Positions 47,201 to 61,322 of a stretch of 64,000 bases of DNA are shown here, piece by piece. Under the pieces are notes generated by a model that saw nothing but the letters and a program-made list of their open reading frames with translations, ran no database searches and was not told the DNA's origin. Both the position numbers and the translations under genes were made by a program. Every line of letters begins with the position of its first letter. Within the stretch, counting starts at the first letter, position 1. This stretch comes from the human T2T-CHM13v2.0 reference genome, Homo sapiens: assembly GCF_009914755.1 (NCBI RefSeq), contig NC_060933.1. One strand, given 5' to 3'.

Positions 47201-48280
47201 AAGAGTCGCTCTGTGGGTTTCAGTATGAAAGTTGTACAATCGTTCCTCCTCCTGGACTTCTTCCTGGGAATTAAAAGCAACCTATCCCAGGATGATGGTG
47301 ACTTAGACTTTTCCTTGTCTTTTTCCATTTCCAAGCCACTATCACAGCATCAAAAGAACCACAAGTTATGTTTTTCAATTCATTTCATATAAGAGTTCAA
47401 TTACATTAAGAGAATTTTGAGAGCTTTATGTTTTTAAGTATTGTAATTATTTACTGGTCTAAAATGTGCTGAGAAATTGGGTGACGCCTATAGCAGGCAA
47501 CATGCCTACTGCTGACTGATTTATTGTGCTAGGATTACAAATGGCCAATTTGTCAAAATATATTTATGATATCTAAATTGTCTCTTTTCTATTTCTTTTA
47601 TGTTTTTGTTTATTTGTTGGTTTTCTATCTTTGGACCAAATTCTCAGCATTTGAAAAATACTAAGTTATGTGTCAACATTTTCTTCTCATTCTTGTGCTT
47701 ATCTATTTTTTGTTGAGATCAAAGTTGAACCAAAAATTTGAGAGGATTGAATAACGGTGAATGGAGAAAAGGGGCCACTTCGTATTTCCCAGGCTTTTAC
47801 AAAAACAAAACTAAGAATAATAACATTTCTTCTAGTTTTAATTATCTCCTAAAATCATAGTCAGGTTTCAAAAAGGAAATCTAATTAATAAAATATGAAG
47901 AAAGAAGAACCTTAAAAATAGAGCATATACTTAGATTTACTTGGCTATGTGAAAGGTAGGAGCAATCTGGACTTGATTCCAGCACTGAGTCTATTCATCT
48001 ACCTGGTCAGCAGGGTCTTCCTGTTTCTTTCCTTTTCTCTCAGTTGTAAGTGTGTCCTTCTCAAGGCTGCACTCTCAGGAATGAAGGACACATTTTCTAG
48101 ATAGGAATCTGCCTTCAGTCAAGAGACACTGGTGTATATAGTCCTCATGGCACAGAATATTGCTTCTGGAACTCATCTGGCATTCAAAAATGCTTCTGTA
48201 ATTGGCCTTCTGACTAAAATTAAACAAAATGTGAACCCTTCTATAAAAAAGGAACAGGTGGACATTTAAAAAATATTTGA

Positions 48281-48575
48281 TTTTTTTTTTTTTGACGGAG
48301 TCTCATTCTGTCGCCCAGGCTGGAGTGCAGCGGCGTGATCTCGGCTCACTGCAAGCTCTGCCTCCTGGGTTCACACTATTTTCCTGCCTCAGCCTCCTGA
48401 GTAGCTGGGACTACAGGCACCCGCCACCACTCCTGGCTAATTTTTTGTATTTTTTTCAGTAGAGATGGGGTTTCACCGTGTTAGCCAGGATGGTCTTGAT
48501 TTCCTGACCTCATGATCCACTCACCTTGGCCTCCCAAAGTGCTGGGATTACAGGTGTGAGCCACCGCACCCAGCC
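48281..48575 (-). mobile_element. AluY-like, full length
   Basis: tgcaagctc, gggttcac and gttagccaggatggtc diagnostics, poly(T) at 48281-48293. TSD-like tatttgatt / tatttaatt. Confidence 0.93.
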
Positions 48576-51500
48576 TATTTAATTCTTATATGGAAAAAGC
48601 ACAATAATGTTATATAATATCCTAGGACTTTTTTCAGCCTATTTTTGATAATAGAAAACACAACTCCCACAACAATGGAGATGTCATTTCAAGCTCACTT
48701 ATTACTGTGGATTCTCTCAAGGAGTGGCTTTAAAGACAATTGGTCTATTCATTGAAGCATTTGCTTGGTGGTAGTCTGAAGGATACCATATGACTTGGCA
48801 CTCATTAACCCTGCTCACAGTTTAGAGTTTGAATCCCATCTAGATTCAAGAAATCTGATTCTACCTTATTTCGTTAAGAAGAATGTTTGAAGTTAACATG
48901 TTAAAATCATGCACTTAAGTTTAGGAACAACATCTAAGATAAGACTTTGGGAGGACTAAACTACTTCTCTTTACAGGAACAGAAGATTACACTTCAATTT
49001 TTTTCCACTGGCAATTTCAAAATCAAACAGGTGAAAAGAAAGGAAGTTTTCCCTCAATCACAGACATATCACATTTATAATGATGCATATTATACCATCT
49101 GTACACTCCTATTAAAGCAAGAAAATACCTCAGAGACAAACTATGTTTATCTTGTTCTTTGTTTCTTTTTTGAATAGTTTATGGATGCACATATAATTTT
49201 TTATTTACCTCTGAGTAAACAGAGATCAACTTATTTTTCCCAGTGAAACATTAAAATATTGCACTCATCAGAAATTCCCCATTGGCTTCCTGAGAAATGG
49301 GATCACTATCAAGGCAGCTGCTAGCATTCATTAGTAATGTTCTGGGACATAGACTAGCTGTTGGGGAGAGATGGAATAAATACAGGAAAAGAAAAACAGG
49401 AAGAAAAGGAAAGCTCATGCCTTTCTTCAGTGATTCTTGCTGTGGCCTTTCATTGAATCAAGTAAATCTCTAGCGAACAAAAATAAATACTACCAGTAAT
49501 AATATAAGGGAAGACTGTTTAGAAGATAATGACATGTGCCATAAAAGAGAAGGCTGTGTATTATTCACACTAAACACATAGAATGAGATAGATACCCATA
49601 TAGAAAGAAGGTTGGCAACCAGCAGTATCCTAAATGCCATTTCAAATCTCTTGATGTCAAAAGGAATTGTGCTTCTGGTAGGACATTCAGAACTCTGGAG
49701 CCAGAAAACACAAAGTGAAGAGAACATATATTCTTCAGCAAAACACTGGGGATAGTGTAAGGAAGAAGAAAAATGTGTGTGCATTGGCTATTTGGCTAAA
49801 GCTTCTCAGTACCAGAGGGAAGCTGTGGCTATAAATTTCTTTAGACCTTTCAGAAGCCCAAGCAGCATAACAATCCATTGGCTTAAAGAGAAATAAAAGA
49901 CATGTAGTTTCTTCTGTAATTAAAGATCACTGTTGATCTAAGTACATCTGTTTATTTTAGCAGTCTATATTTAATACGTATATTTGTTTCAGAGGATACT
50001 AAAAACAAAACTGCTTATATGCAGCATACATAAAAACTTCTTTTAGCACATTAATTTATGGAATATTTTAGTGGCACTCTGGACATAAAGTATGGTAGAA
50101 TTTTCTGCCCAAATGCTGAAGCTAGACTGTTATGGTTCTCCTAGTATTTTTCTGCAGCCAAATTAGACCCAACCTTATGAACATATGCTGTTGACTGCAG
50201 GGCTCTCTTAGAGTCTCATCCCTGGAATAGGAGAGGTTTCAGTTCCAGATCATTAAGGCCCACGTAGATTTCCAAGACCAGAACTCAGGGGAAATAAGAA
50301 GGACAGTGAAAAAAAATTGAGTGACCTTCTTTTCTGTGGGAGCCAAAGGGTGAGCTGAGCCCATGAAACTAACTGGTGACATTAATGAAATACTATAATA
50401 CTGCCTAAGGCTGATCAATCACTAAGAACAGAACAGCTACTTTCAAATCCAATTCCAGAGGTTCAGTTTTTACATTTCCCAAATGTCTCTAATTGCCAGC
50501 ATATTTATCCCATCATTTGTGGTAAACACTCTCTGGTGAAAATTGAGTACCAACCAAACTGCACCTGTTATACTCCATATCAATAGGATCTCAAATTCAA
50601 ATCATTCAAATTAATCTTAACAAGGCTGATTTAAATAAAGGGCCTTAAATACTAAGCAGCTCTGTCATGTTAAAAAGAAAATTTTTGATAAAAGGCCATA
50701 GAATTTGCCTCCTCTAAAGTAGTCTGTGATATTAATTCCTCAACATAATTTTTGTAGTCAAGGAATGTGATATCATATTCTGTGCTGTATTTTCATGACG
50801 TGGCTTATAGTAAAATTTCATATCTAAAGGGTGAAAGTTCCAGATAACTGTATTTTATAGGCTTTGGCTACTACAAAAACATAAAACCTAGAATAAGTAC
50901 TGAATCATTCCAGCTGCAAGGGTATTTTTCGAAGGTTCATTTAGAAGACTAGTCAAAGATAATGGCTTTAAGTGGAAGGGGAATAAAAAGACATCCTCAC
51001 TGACCACCGAGACCAATATAATTCATTAGATAACAAAGAGTTGTATATGGAACTCTACCATCTTGTAGGGAATCTCCCAAACGAACTGATGTTGCTGTCC
51101 CTTTCAGACCACATCCTTGTGAAAGCTGCTGCATGACATTCCCAAATGTGTCTGACATGTTTGAGATGGCATGACTTAAAACTACAGGCCATTAGGCAAA
51201 GGTGAAGTTCACTTTGGGGCACCTAGGGGTCCCTCAAAGAAACAGGCAATCATACAATTAGAGGCTTATGACTCTCAGTTGGTAGAGACTTGCAATATGC
51301 ATTAACAAGCCAGAGACACAACAAATAAATATCAACTTTACATACATGACAAATCAAAAGTCCCAGCCCATGGCATTCCTATTTTCAGGTGTTACATTTG
51401 TTTATATGGTTAATAGCTCTTCAACTGGGGATGCTCAGCAGTGAGCAGAAGGATATTATTCTCCTTCAGAGAAACAGTACTCTCTAAACTTACTTCAATT

Positions 51501-51739
51501 TGTTCTTCTTCATGAAAGCATTACAGAAAAAGAAAAGGAAATAAATGTATACCTAACATTTTTTATAAATAAAGAATTTTGTTAGACACATTACATGCAC
51601 CATTTATATGAGTACACACAATCTTAAAATCAGCTATTTTAAAGATGAGAAAATTGAGATTCACAGAAGTCCCTTAGGTATTAGGTAGATGAAATTTCGC
51701 TGGAACTCAGTTCTGCCTGTCTACAAGATAGCCCCTGGC

Positions 51740-52060
51740 AATTTCTTCCTTCTCTGTACTTGCCACACCTTTCATCTAGAAGTAGAAACGTAAGTCCTTT
51801 CACTTGAATCTGGTATGGCTTTATGACTGGTTTGGTGAATAGAATGTAGTATAAACGATGTCCAGGGATTTTGATGCTTATGCCTTCGGGGCCTTGGAGT
51901 GTTTGCTTTCACTCTTGGAAGACAGCCACATGTAAAGTACAACTATACTGTTGAAGAGAGGCAGGCCCTGGAGGATGAGAGACTACATCAGCCTCAGTCA
52001 AGATGCCCTCCCAATACTGCATGAAGCAGAGATGAGCATTTCCATCAAAACTGTAATGCT
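51740..52060 (+). mobile_element. MLT1 LTR fragment
   Basis: cacttgaatctggtatggctttatgactggtttggtgaatagaatgtag. Confidence 0.6.
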
Positions 52061-52246
52061 TAATTTGAAAAACCTGTACTACATACTACCCTAAAGAACT
52101 TTCCTTGAGGAGTAGATGTAGACAGTAAACAAGCAAGTGCATCCTTCTTGGAATGTCACAAATATGGGATTGCTGAATAGAGGATGCTTCCCATGGAATC
52201 GGACAAGGAACCTATGAATAGGGAATGCAAGCCTAACAAGTGGCAA

Positions 52247-52323
52247 AATGTCCTCTCTATGGTGGAAATGTCCTCTCTATGGTGGAAATGTTCTCTCTAT
52301 GGTGGAAATGTCCTCTCTATGGT
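52247..52323. repeat. 20-bp minisatellite, ~4 copies (ggtggaaatgtcctctctat)
   Basis: Units at 52261, 52281 and 52301 plus a partial upstream copy, with one substitution. Confidence 0.97.
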
Positions 52324-53381
52324 AGATTCTTCACATATTCTTCACCGTTATGAACAGCAATTCCCAGGTAGGAAAATAAAACTAGCATCTTCACCTTTGA
52401 TGCCGTTTTTGCTACGATTTTTCTGATTCAGTGTAGAGTTTGATGTCAGAAAGACCTGGGTTTGAGTAGGGGCTTGCCACTTACAAACTCTATGACTTTA
52501 GAAACTTACTTTATCTCTTGTCTCTGCTTATATTAAGAAAATGGAAATTCTTCAAAATACAAGAGAGGAAATTCAGTCATGCAGCCTTTTCATTAAGTGT
52601 CTCTATTTAAAAAATCAAAGCAGTTATTTTTCTGTCCCAAATCTCCACATGTGGAATCTGTTAGTTAGGTACCTGTTCTGGAAAGCTCTGGTTAAAAGTC
52701 AGGCTTGCTTAATGGAGTCACAGGAAGGTAAGTTAAAAATATACCCATAGAGATCATCTGTCTAGCTCAATCCCTTTATTTCACAGAAGAAGAAAGATCT
52801 AGAGAGGAAAAGTGAGTTGTACAAAGAATCCAGCTTGTGAGCCACAGAAAAAGTACAAGAACCATTGTTTCCTGACTCCTCAATCAGTGCTCTTTCCATC
52901 ATAACTGGAGCTTCCCCTGGGTGAGGAAAATGTAACTAGAAATAGCCCTAATTGTCATTATGAAAATCATCATTCCCAGATTAAAAATTGTCATGAAAAG
53001 GCCAAACAGGTACAAATAAATCAAACATCTTAGCATTCCTCTTATATATGTAGGTGAAAAATACCAGCCCCATCTAATTCTCCCTGCCTCTGTTTCTCTT
53101 AATTTCCCACGCATGATACCACATGGTTCTAAGTCTGGACATGATTTAAGGAGAAAATATTTCTAAAGTCTCAGCTAAAGTTGGATAAGGGCTGCAGTTA
53201 AATTGAATTTAACTGCAGTTCATTCTCCCTCAATGCAGTGCTGCTCCAAGGCTGACCACTGGTCTTTTGGACTCAACTTCTCTACGGTTCTGACCTGGGG
53301 CTGAACCAGTGCTGATAATGCTCTGGTGAGGTCCAGCCCTGGTAACACAAAACAGATAACAGAGCTGCCTTTGTTCCCCAT

Positions 53382-53935
53382 TGTGATGGTTAATATCAAG
53401 TGTCAACTTGATTGGATTGAAGGATGCAAAGTATTGTTTCTGACTGTGTATGTGAGGGTGTTGCTAGAGATTAACATTTGAGTCAGTGGACTGGGAAAGG
53501 CAGACCCACCCTCAGTCTGCGTGGGCACCATCCAATTGGCTGCAAGTGCCGCTAGGAAAAGCAAGCAGGAGGTAGAAGGAGCTAACTTGCTGAGTCTTCT
53601 GGCCTTCATCTTTCTCCCATGCTCTATGCTTCCTGGCCTGAAACATCAGACTCCAAGTTCTTTGACTTTCGGAGTCTTGGACTTAACACCAGAGGTTTGC
53701 CAGAGGCTCTCAGGCCTTTGACCATAGAATGAAGCCTGCACTGTCAACTTCCCTACTTTTGAGGCTTTGGGACTCGGGCTGATCTACCACTGGCTTCCTT
53801 GCTCCTCAGCTTGCAGGCAGCCTATCGTGGGACTTCACCTGGTAATCGTGGGAGTCAATTCTCCTTAATAAACTCCTTTTGGTATATACATATATCCTAT
53901 TAGTTGTATCCCTCTGGAGAACCCTGACTAATACA
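53382..53935 (+). mobile_element. MLT2A-type (HERV-L) solo LTR
   Basis: tgtgatggttaata..gtcaacttgattggattgaaggatgc start, gagaaccctgactaataca end, TG..CA termini and a perfect 5-bp TSD cccat. Confidence 0.93.
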
Positions 53936-56900
53936 CCCATGTTTGGTTCTTGTTTTGTTGTGTAACTGTGTACTTCCATAGCTCCTGAGAAGCTGAGGCC
54001 CTGACTCATTTTTCTAGCATGGCATTTGGGTACTCTTCACCCAAAAAGAGATTCCTAAGTATAACTCTTGGCCGGCCTGGATGTCTCATCACAGAAACAG
54101 CCTATCCAGTCGTACCTCTTCAGTCCTCAGACTGGGTCCTGCCCATGTGAATGGATCTAGGATTACTTCCCTGACTCTTCCCAACTCACTTGACCTATCT
54201 GCCTGTACGTAAGTAGCTAAAACTCATCAATCACCTGAACTAAGGCAGTAAGTGGGGGAGAAAATCTTTGAAAAATCCAAATTAGTTTTTATTAGTGGTC
54301 CCATTGTAAATTTGAAAATTTCATTGCTCAAATGTACAGAAATTTGGTATAGACATATTGCTGGTGATTTGAAAACAATAACCTAGTCATAAGCTTTTAT
54401 TTTTTATATTGTTTATTTTTGGTTTAAGAAGGTGAAAACATTCATAGCAGAACACTTGGAAAATAAAGAAACATGCATAGAAAAAATATGTTGTTCTTTT
54501 TATAGAATGAGAAATAACTAAGATCCGTGTTTTGAGCCAGAACATGTGAATCTTTGTGGTATAACAACTTATGTTCCAGTAACTTCTATTTTAGTAGACT
54601 TTTTTCCTCTAAAATTCAAGAAGCCACAGAGTAACCTCTTCAGACTACTTCATATGTTTCAGCGTCTCATGAATATAGTTATTGATCTTCAGGTAAACTC
54701 TTGGGGATTTTGTCAATTCTGACATTGATTCCCATGTGGAACAGAGGACTTTTCTAGATTTAGAGTTGTGCCTTCATTTTAACCACTGGTTTGAACTCTA
54801 GACCCTCTAAAATAGACCTTAACACACTTCATCAGATTTTGAAACTTGCTGCTTATTTTCTGATTCAATTGTATTTGTTCTGCTATGACTGTATTAGTTT
54901 TGGATTCAAAAAGGTTAGCCACTGATAAGTCTTATATTCAACTCTCCCTCTAGCTATGAGACTGTAGAAGGTATTTAAACATTCACAAGGACAGAGCTAT
55001 GTTGGGAGACAGTGCCAGACTGCTAAACTTTAAGTTCTTTTTCTTCCCAATTTAAATTTAAGTCAAATTTTTGTGAATCTCTCACCATGTTACCACTGAC
55101 AGTCATTTAATCTCTGTTAGAAATACCTGTAGAAATAGGACATTGCTCCTATGTCAAGGAGTTTACAATATAGCTGGAGAAACAGAACACCTACATGTAA
55201 AGATATAACCAATGTTATCAGAAAGCACATCATAAAAGTCATTAATAAATATAATAATAGTGTCATGGTATGGAAGCCAGAGGGTCAGAGAGTGACCTTA
55301 GGGCTAGGATGGCCAGAGTTTCAGATAATAGAGAAGAGTAGGACACTGTTCTTATTATATTATCAGATATTCTGGGCCAAATGTGCAGAAATGGAAAAAG
55401 ATTAGATTCTGAGAAGTAGTACAGTTTGGCTACAGAAGGAAGTTTATGTACATATGTTCCCATGAATGCGTTTGAGGCCTTTCAAAATAGGGCCTCACAT
55501 CTATATTTGTTTCAGTTTTCTGTCTCCAAATATATAGCCTGTATGATAGACAAACTGGAAAACTTTGGATTTCCCAACAATGTATACGCCTTCCCATCTC
55601 TGCCTTTACTTATGTTTCTTCCTTAACTTCTACCATGCTCCCAGCCTCCCTCCCCTTATCTCCTCATAATGAAGGTTTTTTAAAAATAAGTTTTTTCTCT
55701 GCTTTCAACTCTGATAAACTGGCAAGGTTTCCTGAGAGTGATATGAGGGAAAAATTCCAAAATCATTTCATCTTAAAAAAAAAAAAAAACATGAGTGATT
55801 AGTGATGTCTAACAAGGTACGACTTTTGGAGCAGTGTTATAAATGTCATGTATTTTGTATTTTGCAAACACCATTCAAGGCCTAGAAAAAGTATCCCCCT
55901 GAGTCATATGGATCTTTGGGGTCTGTTAATCAAATGAACTCCTTCTTCCTTAAAATCCTACTGCATTTTCTATTTCTTTTATGTCACTTAACTTATTCCA
56001 CTTTATGTTTGCACTTGGCTTATCACTGGCAATAAACTTAATCTCTTTTAACAGTAAAAAATGTATCTCACTCATCTTTTTTATCTCCCCAAAATGCCTA
56101 GCATAATAAATATATGCTTAATAAATATTTCATGAATTGAATATAATGGAGGGAAGAAGAAGGATCTAAGGCTGGAAAAGTAAATTGCAGATAGATTATA
56201 GAAACCTAAATAGTAGAGTTTAGCTGGTAATTTTTTTACAATAGTTTCATGTAATGTGGCTGTATGCCCATAATAATCAGATGCTTCCAGGTAGAAGCCC
56301 TTAATACATTCTCACTCACAAACTCCAATAATAAAAGGTTGCTGACCCACCACCTAGGGATTGAGTTCTTCAGCTGGAACAAATCAAAGGTAACAAAATT
56401 TATCAATGCATCACACCTCTAAGGTGATTTCAGGGAAATTTACATTTTGAAAGAAGAAGGCTCAATATAGAAGGAAAGATATGCCTAGGGTGAAACCTGA
56501 CTTAAAAAGAAATAATGAAAACTGCTCAGCACATTGTGGTAGAAATAACATAGATTTGGGGGATCAAGGCTTGACATTCAAGATCAGATCTCAACTCTAC
56601 CACTCTCCAGCTATGCTCTTGGGTGGATTAAGTAACTTCTCTGAACTTCCATCTCTTTCTTTGTAAAAGTAGTATAATTATACTTGTGCCAAAAAGTTCA
56701 AAGCTAAATATGCAGCCCAGTTTTAGTAACTAGTTTTAGTAAACTGATAGATATGTAAAGCTTGCTTATGTACTACAAAATCTTTTGCATATTATGTTCT
56801 ATGTCGTCTATGTTTCTACTGACCCTGACTTTTCTTTCTAGTTTATTATATTGGCTAAATTATTGTAAGCCACCTCTAATTGTTTTGTGTAAGTATATGG

Positions 56901-58299
56901 GCTATAAATATATAAATTGAGTTATACCCATGTGTAGAGCTATTGAAAGATAAAATAGGATAATGTCTAGATAAAAACCTTTTACGTAGCTTAATGTGGT
57001 TTCTCCCAACTCAATTGCATCTGCCCATCAAAAACATGACTTAAAGAGACTTTCCAAGGCAAGAGGGCAGATACCAGGAGTTATAGCTGTCAGAATTATA
57101 ACCATTGCAGGTACTTCAGTTAGATAGCTTTTAGCTCCATGGCCAGTTATTTAGATTTCCTGAGGTTGCATAGTTTGAACAGGTAAAAATTTTGAGGTAG
57201 AACGTTAACAAAATCTAGTAACTGCTTTATACATTTTTACCACTTTCTGTCAAAGCCCCTTATTTTAATAAATCAGGTTCAAATGTAATAAAACTACAGC
57301 TGCTTCTGGTTTTCATATGTTGATTCAACGAAAAGACTGAGTTTTAATCTGTTGTTCCACTTTGTGTTATTAAGGTCCCAGAGCATTTTATGCTCTTTCT
57401 TTAGATGCTACACTTTCCAAGGGGAAAACAAAGCTGACCTTGACCTGTTTGCTTTCAGTGGGCACTTACGTGAATAGTGACAGCAGTCACTGTGTCCTAA
57501 ACTGAGACCTCACATCATTTTGAGCAGACCCCCCTTTTCATCAAAAGGTAATGTCCATATTCATGAAGAAAACTCAGTGAGCTGTGGGTAAGGCTTTCAG
57601 CCCGTACATTTTTAACATAAATACCCTAAGAATAAGCAAGTTAAATGTCACAAAAATACAGGAAGGCAGAAAAAGCCTTTGCCTCATTATATCAAACCAC
57701 AAAGCAGCTGACATTTCTTAAGAACAGGATTATTTGAACAAAATTGCTGAAGAAAGCTGAGACTGTCCTATTCACAAGTAAACTTTGAAATATTAAGAAG
57801 ATAAAATAACAAAAAAAGAATATATTTTCCTGACTATATTATTAAATAAGTACCAAATACATGAATAATATATTACATATTATGCAATTATGATTATTTA
57901 CATATTAAAAGTTTTGGGTGATCTATTACTGTAGTTGTCATCAGAAAATATAATTTCACAAATGTCTGCTTCATATTTATAATTATGGACATATATATTT
58001 GGGATCCTATTAGACATTCATGTAGAGCTGTCAATTAGAAGGATGATATATGAGCTCTGGAAAAAAGTCTGGACTAGAGATATAAAGTTAAAGTTAATGA
58101 CATACAGATAGTATTTAAGATTCAATTGATACTATTAAAATATTACTCACTGGGTAAACTTTCACACTAAGAGTGAAATTTTGAAGTATTATCTTAAATC
58201 ACTGAGCTGAAGAGCAATGTGTTGAGAGACAGGCTCAGAAAGCACTGATGGGCAGCTTGGAGGCGGGGTTCATAGAACTCAGATTTCTTTTAAGTGAAA

Positions 58300-58870
58300 T
58301 GAGGCATTCTGTATACCTCAATGTCATCCCTCTTCAATCTTCTTTCCTGGCTCCTTAATTTCTCTTATTGTAAATGTTGGTGTCCTTTAAGATTTGGTCT
58401 TGGGATCTTTATTTTCATTAAACTCTCTCCAAATCTGATTTCCTCCAATTCCATGTTTTAAATGCCATCCATCATTTACTAATGCCCAAATTTATATCTT
58501 CAGTCCAGATTTGGCATTTCCTTACAGATGTCTTACAATATTATCCAATATCTAACATGATATGTCCAAAAAGAACTCTCAATAAATAATACCATCATCT
58601 ACCCTATTCTCCAAATCTAAACATATAGTATCCTTCCTGAATTGCTTTTTCTCCCTTATATACAACTCCCAATTCACTAATTTCTATCCACTCTACCTTT
58701 GAAATATATCTCAAATACATTGACTTATCTCTTCTGCCATACTACAATCTTGGCCACAATCATTGTAGCATGGACTACTGAAGTTGCTCCAAATTCTTCT
58801 GCTTATATATATTCTTGTCCCCAAACAACCCATTTTTCACTTAGCAGCCACAGTGATCATTAAAAATATA
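58300..58870 (+). mobile_element. L2 fragment (appears to resume at ~60150-60600)
   Basis: ttttaaatgccatc..cccaaatttatatcttcagtccaga and ctctacctttgaaatatatctcaaat motifs. Confidence 0.65.
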
Positions 58871-58899
58871 GAGAAAGAGAGACAGAGAAAGAAATCAAT

Positions 58900-60070
58900 A
58901 AGAACATGGTTGTAGTTCTTTTATATGGTTATTGTTTACCTAAGAACAACTCGCTATTCCTCTTAGAAACCATTAAGCATCAGGAAAACAAAGAAACAAA
59001 CAAACATATATAAAATGTCAAAAATTGCCTGACTTCAATTTGCAGAAACGTTAGCATATAGAAAGAAGCTGTAACTCCAATGATAAGTTAGTGCTACCAA
59101 GTGCCACTACGATCTGGGCAGAGCCACCTGGGAGGAAGGGAGGGCACCTGGCTGGTAAGTGCTTGGAGACCCAGAGGTAGCCGATTCCGGAGAGCACAAC
59201 ACAGATACACTCTCTAAGAGTAAGGAATCCCCTGAAATGTGAAAGTTAAAGCTGCTGCTGGAGATGTAGTAAACATGGCTGAGTTCTGAGAATGCTGCCA
59301 TCAGAGAGCAGTTGCCAAGGTGATGAATCTAATAGCCATGTCAGATTAAAGACAATGCCAGTGAAAACAAGTTCTACAGTGATTTGAAATAAATATTGCC
59401 TTGGACAACAGAGCCGTTTCCGTTTATGACAACGGCAGTGAAGAAATAGGGAACGTGGCATGCAGGGCTGGCAGCAGAAACTACTGGATATCTTAAAGAT
59501 AGCTGATTACACAGATAAGCTCAGACGCTCTATACAGGAAGAGAACAATCTAAATCCAAGAAGACTAAGAGAGACCCTTGAGCTGCAAAGCCTAGAAGGC
59601 TGCATAGGCCCACACCAGGAACCTCTTTCAAATTAACACCTGTTCCAGTAAAATCTTCTACATTCAACCACGAGTAACAAAACAGTAGAAGAAATAGCAT
59701 GGTTGTACTCTATGAAGAAGGTGTTATGTCATACCAATGAATAAAAAACAATCTCAAGAAAAAAATCACAATGAGCATATAAAATCGTAACCAAATATTT
59801 CATCATAGGCTTAAATAAATACATGAAGTGATTGCTATGAAAGAAGACCCTAAAGAGGAAATATAAGAACTCAAGGAAGAGATGTCTGGATGAAAGAAGA
59901 TGAAATGAAAGAAAAAAGAGATGAAATACAAGCTGCTAGAATTCAAGAAAGAGAAGAGAAAATAAAATGAGTAAAGAAGGCAAGATTAAAAGGAATACTT
60001 GGGAGAACAGACAGGATAAGAAAACATGGAAACTGACTCAGACAACAGAAATGAGAAAAATTAACAAAAC
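58900..60070 (+). mobile_element. Possible ancient L1M/HAL1 5'/ORF1-region remnant inserted in L2
   Basis: A/G-rich sense strand with a coiled-coil-like composition, interrupting the L2. No diagnostic motif confirmed. Confidence 0.4.
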
Positions 60071-60861
60071 AATACCATCTATTGTTTTATTTATAAAACC
60101 TGTTGATCTAGTATCTACTCAATAATAAAATTCAAAACAGAAAAAATCCTCCCCATATCATTTTCATTCTTTTAAACCTTTCAATGGCCTCTGATGAATT
60201 CTAAAATGAAAGTCAAACCTTGTATCACGGTCTGTTCTGTATTACTCCCACTCCTTTACAAATTTCAAGTCTTGCTGATCCCTCACTCAGCCACGTTAAT
60301 CTTTTATTTACATTGCTATTCCCCTTCAAGCTCAAACAGTCCCCAGAACTTCCTGCAGCTGATGAGTCTGAATGTATTGTCATAAAATGCCTTCCCTCTA
60401 CCCTCTCCCTGGCTTCTAAGGTATTTACCAGTGATTTTCTCTTCCATTATCCTGTTTACTTCCTTCACAGCCCTTATCTCAAACACAACTATCTCATTAT
60501 TTATATTGTTTACTGAGATTTTGTTTTTTTCCCTTCACTGCAATGTAATCTCCCTATGAACAGAGGTCTGTATAGTCCAGCATCTATCTAGCACAGTCAG
60601 CAGTGATAAAGTCTGATGGCTAGAGGAAGGTGAAATATATTATTTCTAAGGTTTCTTCAATTCTAATGTCCTGGTTATATCTAGTAATTCACTTTGTAGA
60701 GTCTGACAGACTCCACTAAGAGCATTTAACCAACTTTAAGTCTTTGTATACCTTGATTTATCAAGCTTATAATCACATAATTAATTATAGAATTTTTACA
60801 AAGTTACTGTGAGGCTAATGGTGGTAGTGGTGGTGGTGTACGATACTACTAGTTGATAATC

Positions 60862-60975
60862 AAGGCTGTTGCTGGCCCAGAGGGCGATATTGCATGAATT
60901 AGAAAAAGGCATTCCCTTCCTGCATTCAGATGCAGCTCTCAGCAGCTCTACTCAGGCTCTATACAGGACACTATC
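60862..60975. mobile_element. MER91-like (hAT-Tip100) fragment
   Basis: gaattagaaaaaggcattcccttcc..cagatgcagc resembles the MER91 core. Confidence 0.45.
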
Positions 60976-61322
60976 CAGGTTCCCACACAGGGTCTTCAGT
61001 TGTCATCTGGTAGAACACAAATCTGTGTATCACTGATGAAGCTTGACTGAGAATCACTCCACTTTTTGTCCAGTTAAGATTTATGGATTTGCTAATTCTG
61101 CCTAGCAGGGATGCTCAGGATTTCAGGGTCACTTTTCTGTTTTCCCACTCTAATCAGCACTTTTTCTCTTTTTTTGTGGTGATTAACATAAACATGACCT
61201 GGCTAGGGTAAGCTTTAGAGAGAATTCCTCCAGTGCTTTCTTAAAACCTTCATCAATGTTAGACTTTCTTATGTCCAGATGTTCCTCTCTTATATCACAT
61301 TAGAATATACCATATCCCATAA

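Noticed and set aside
52247-52323. CRISPR-like repeat
   Set aside because: Units are head-to-tail with no spacers, in eukaryotic DNA.
56676-56927. MIR apparently split by ~240 bp between aattatac / agttatac
   Set aside because: The match is short, imperfect and AT-rich, and I cannot identify the insert family, so I cannot support a TSD.
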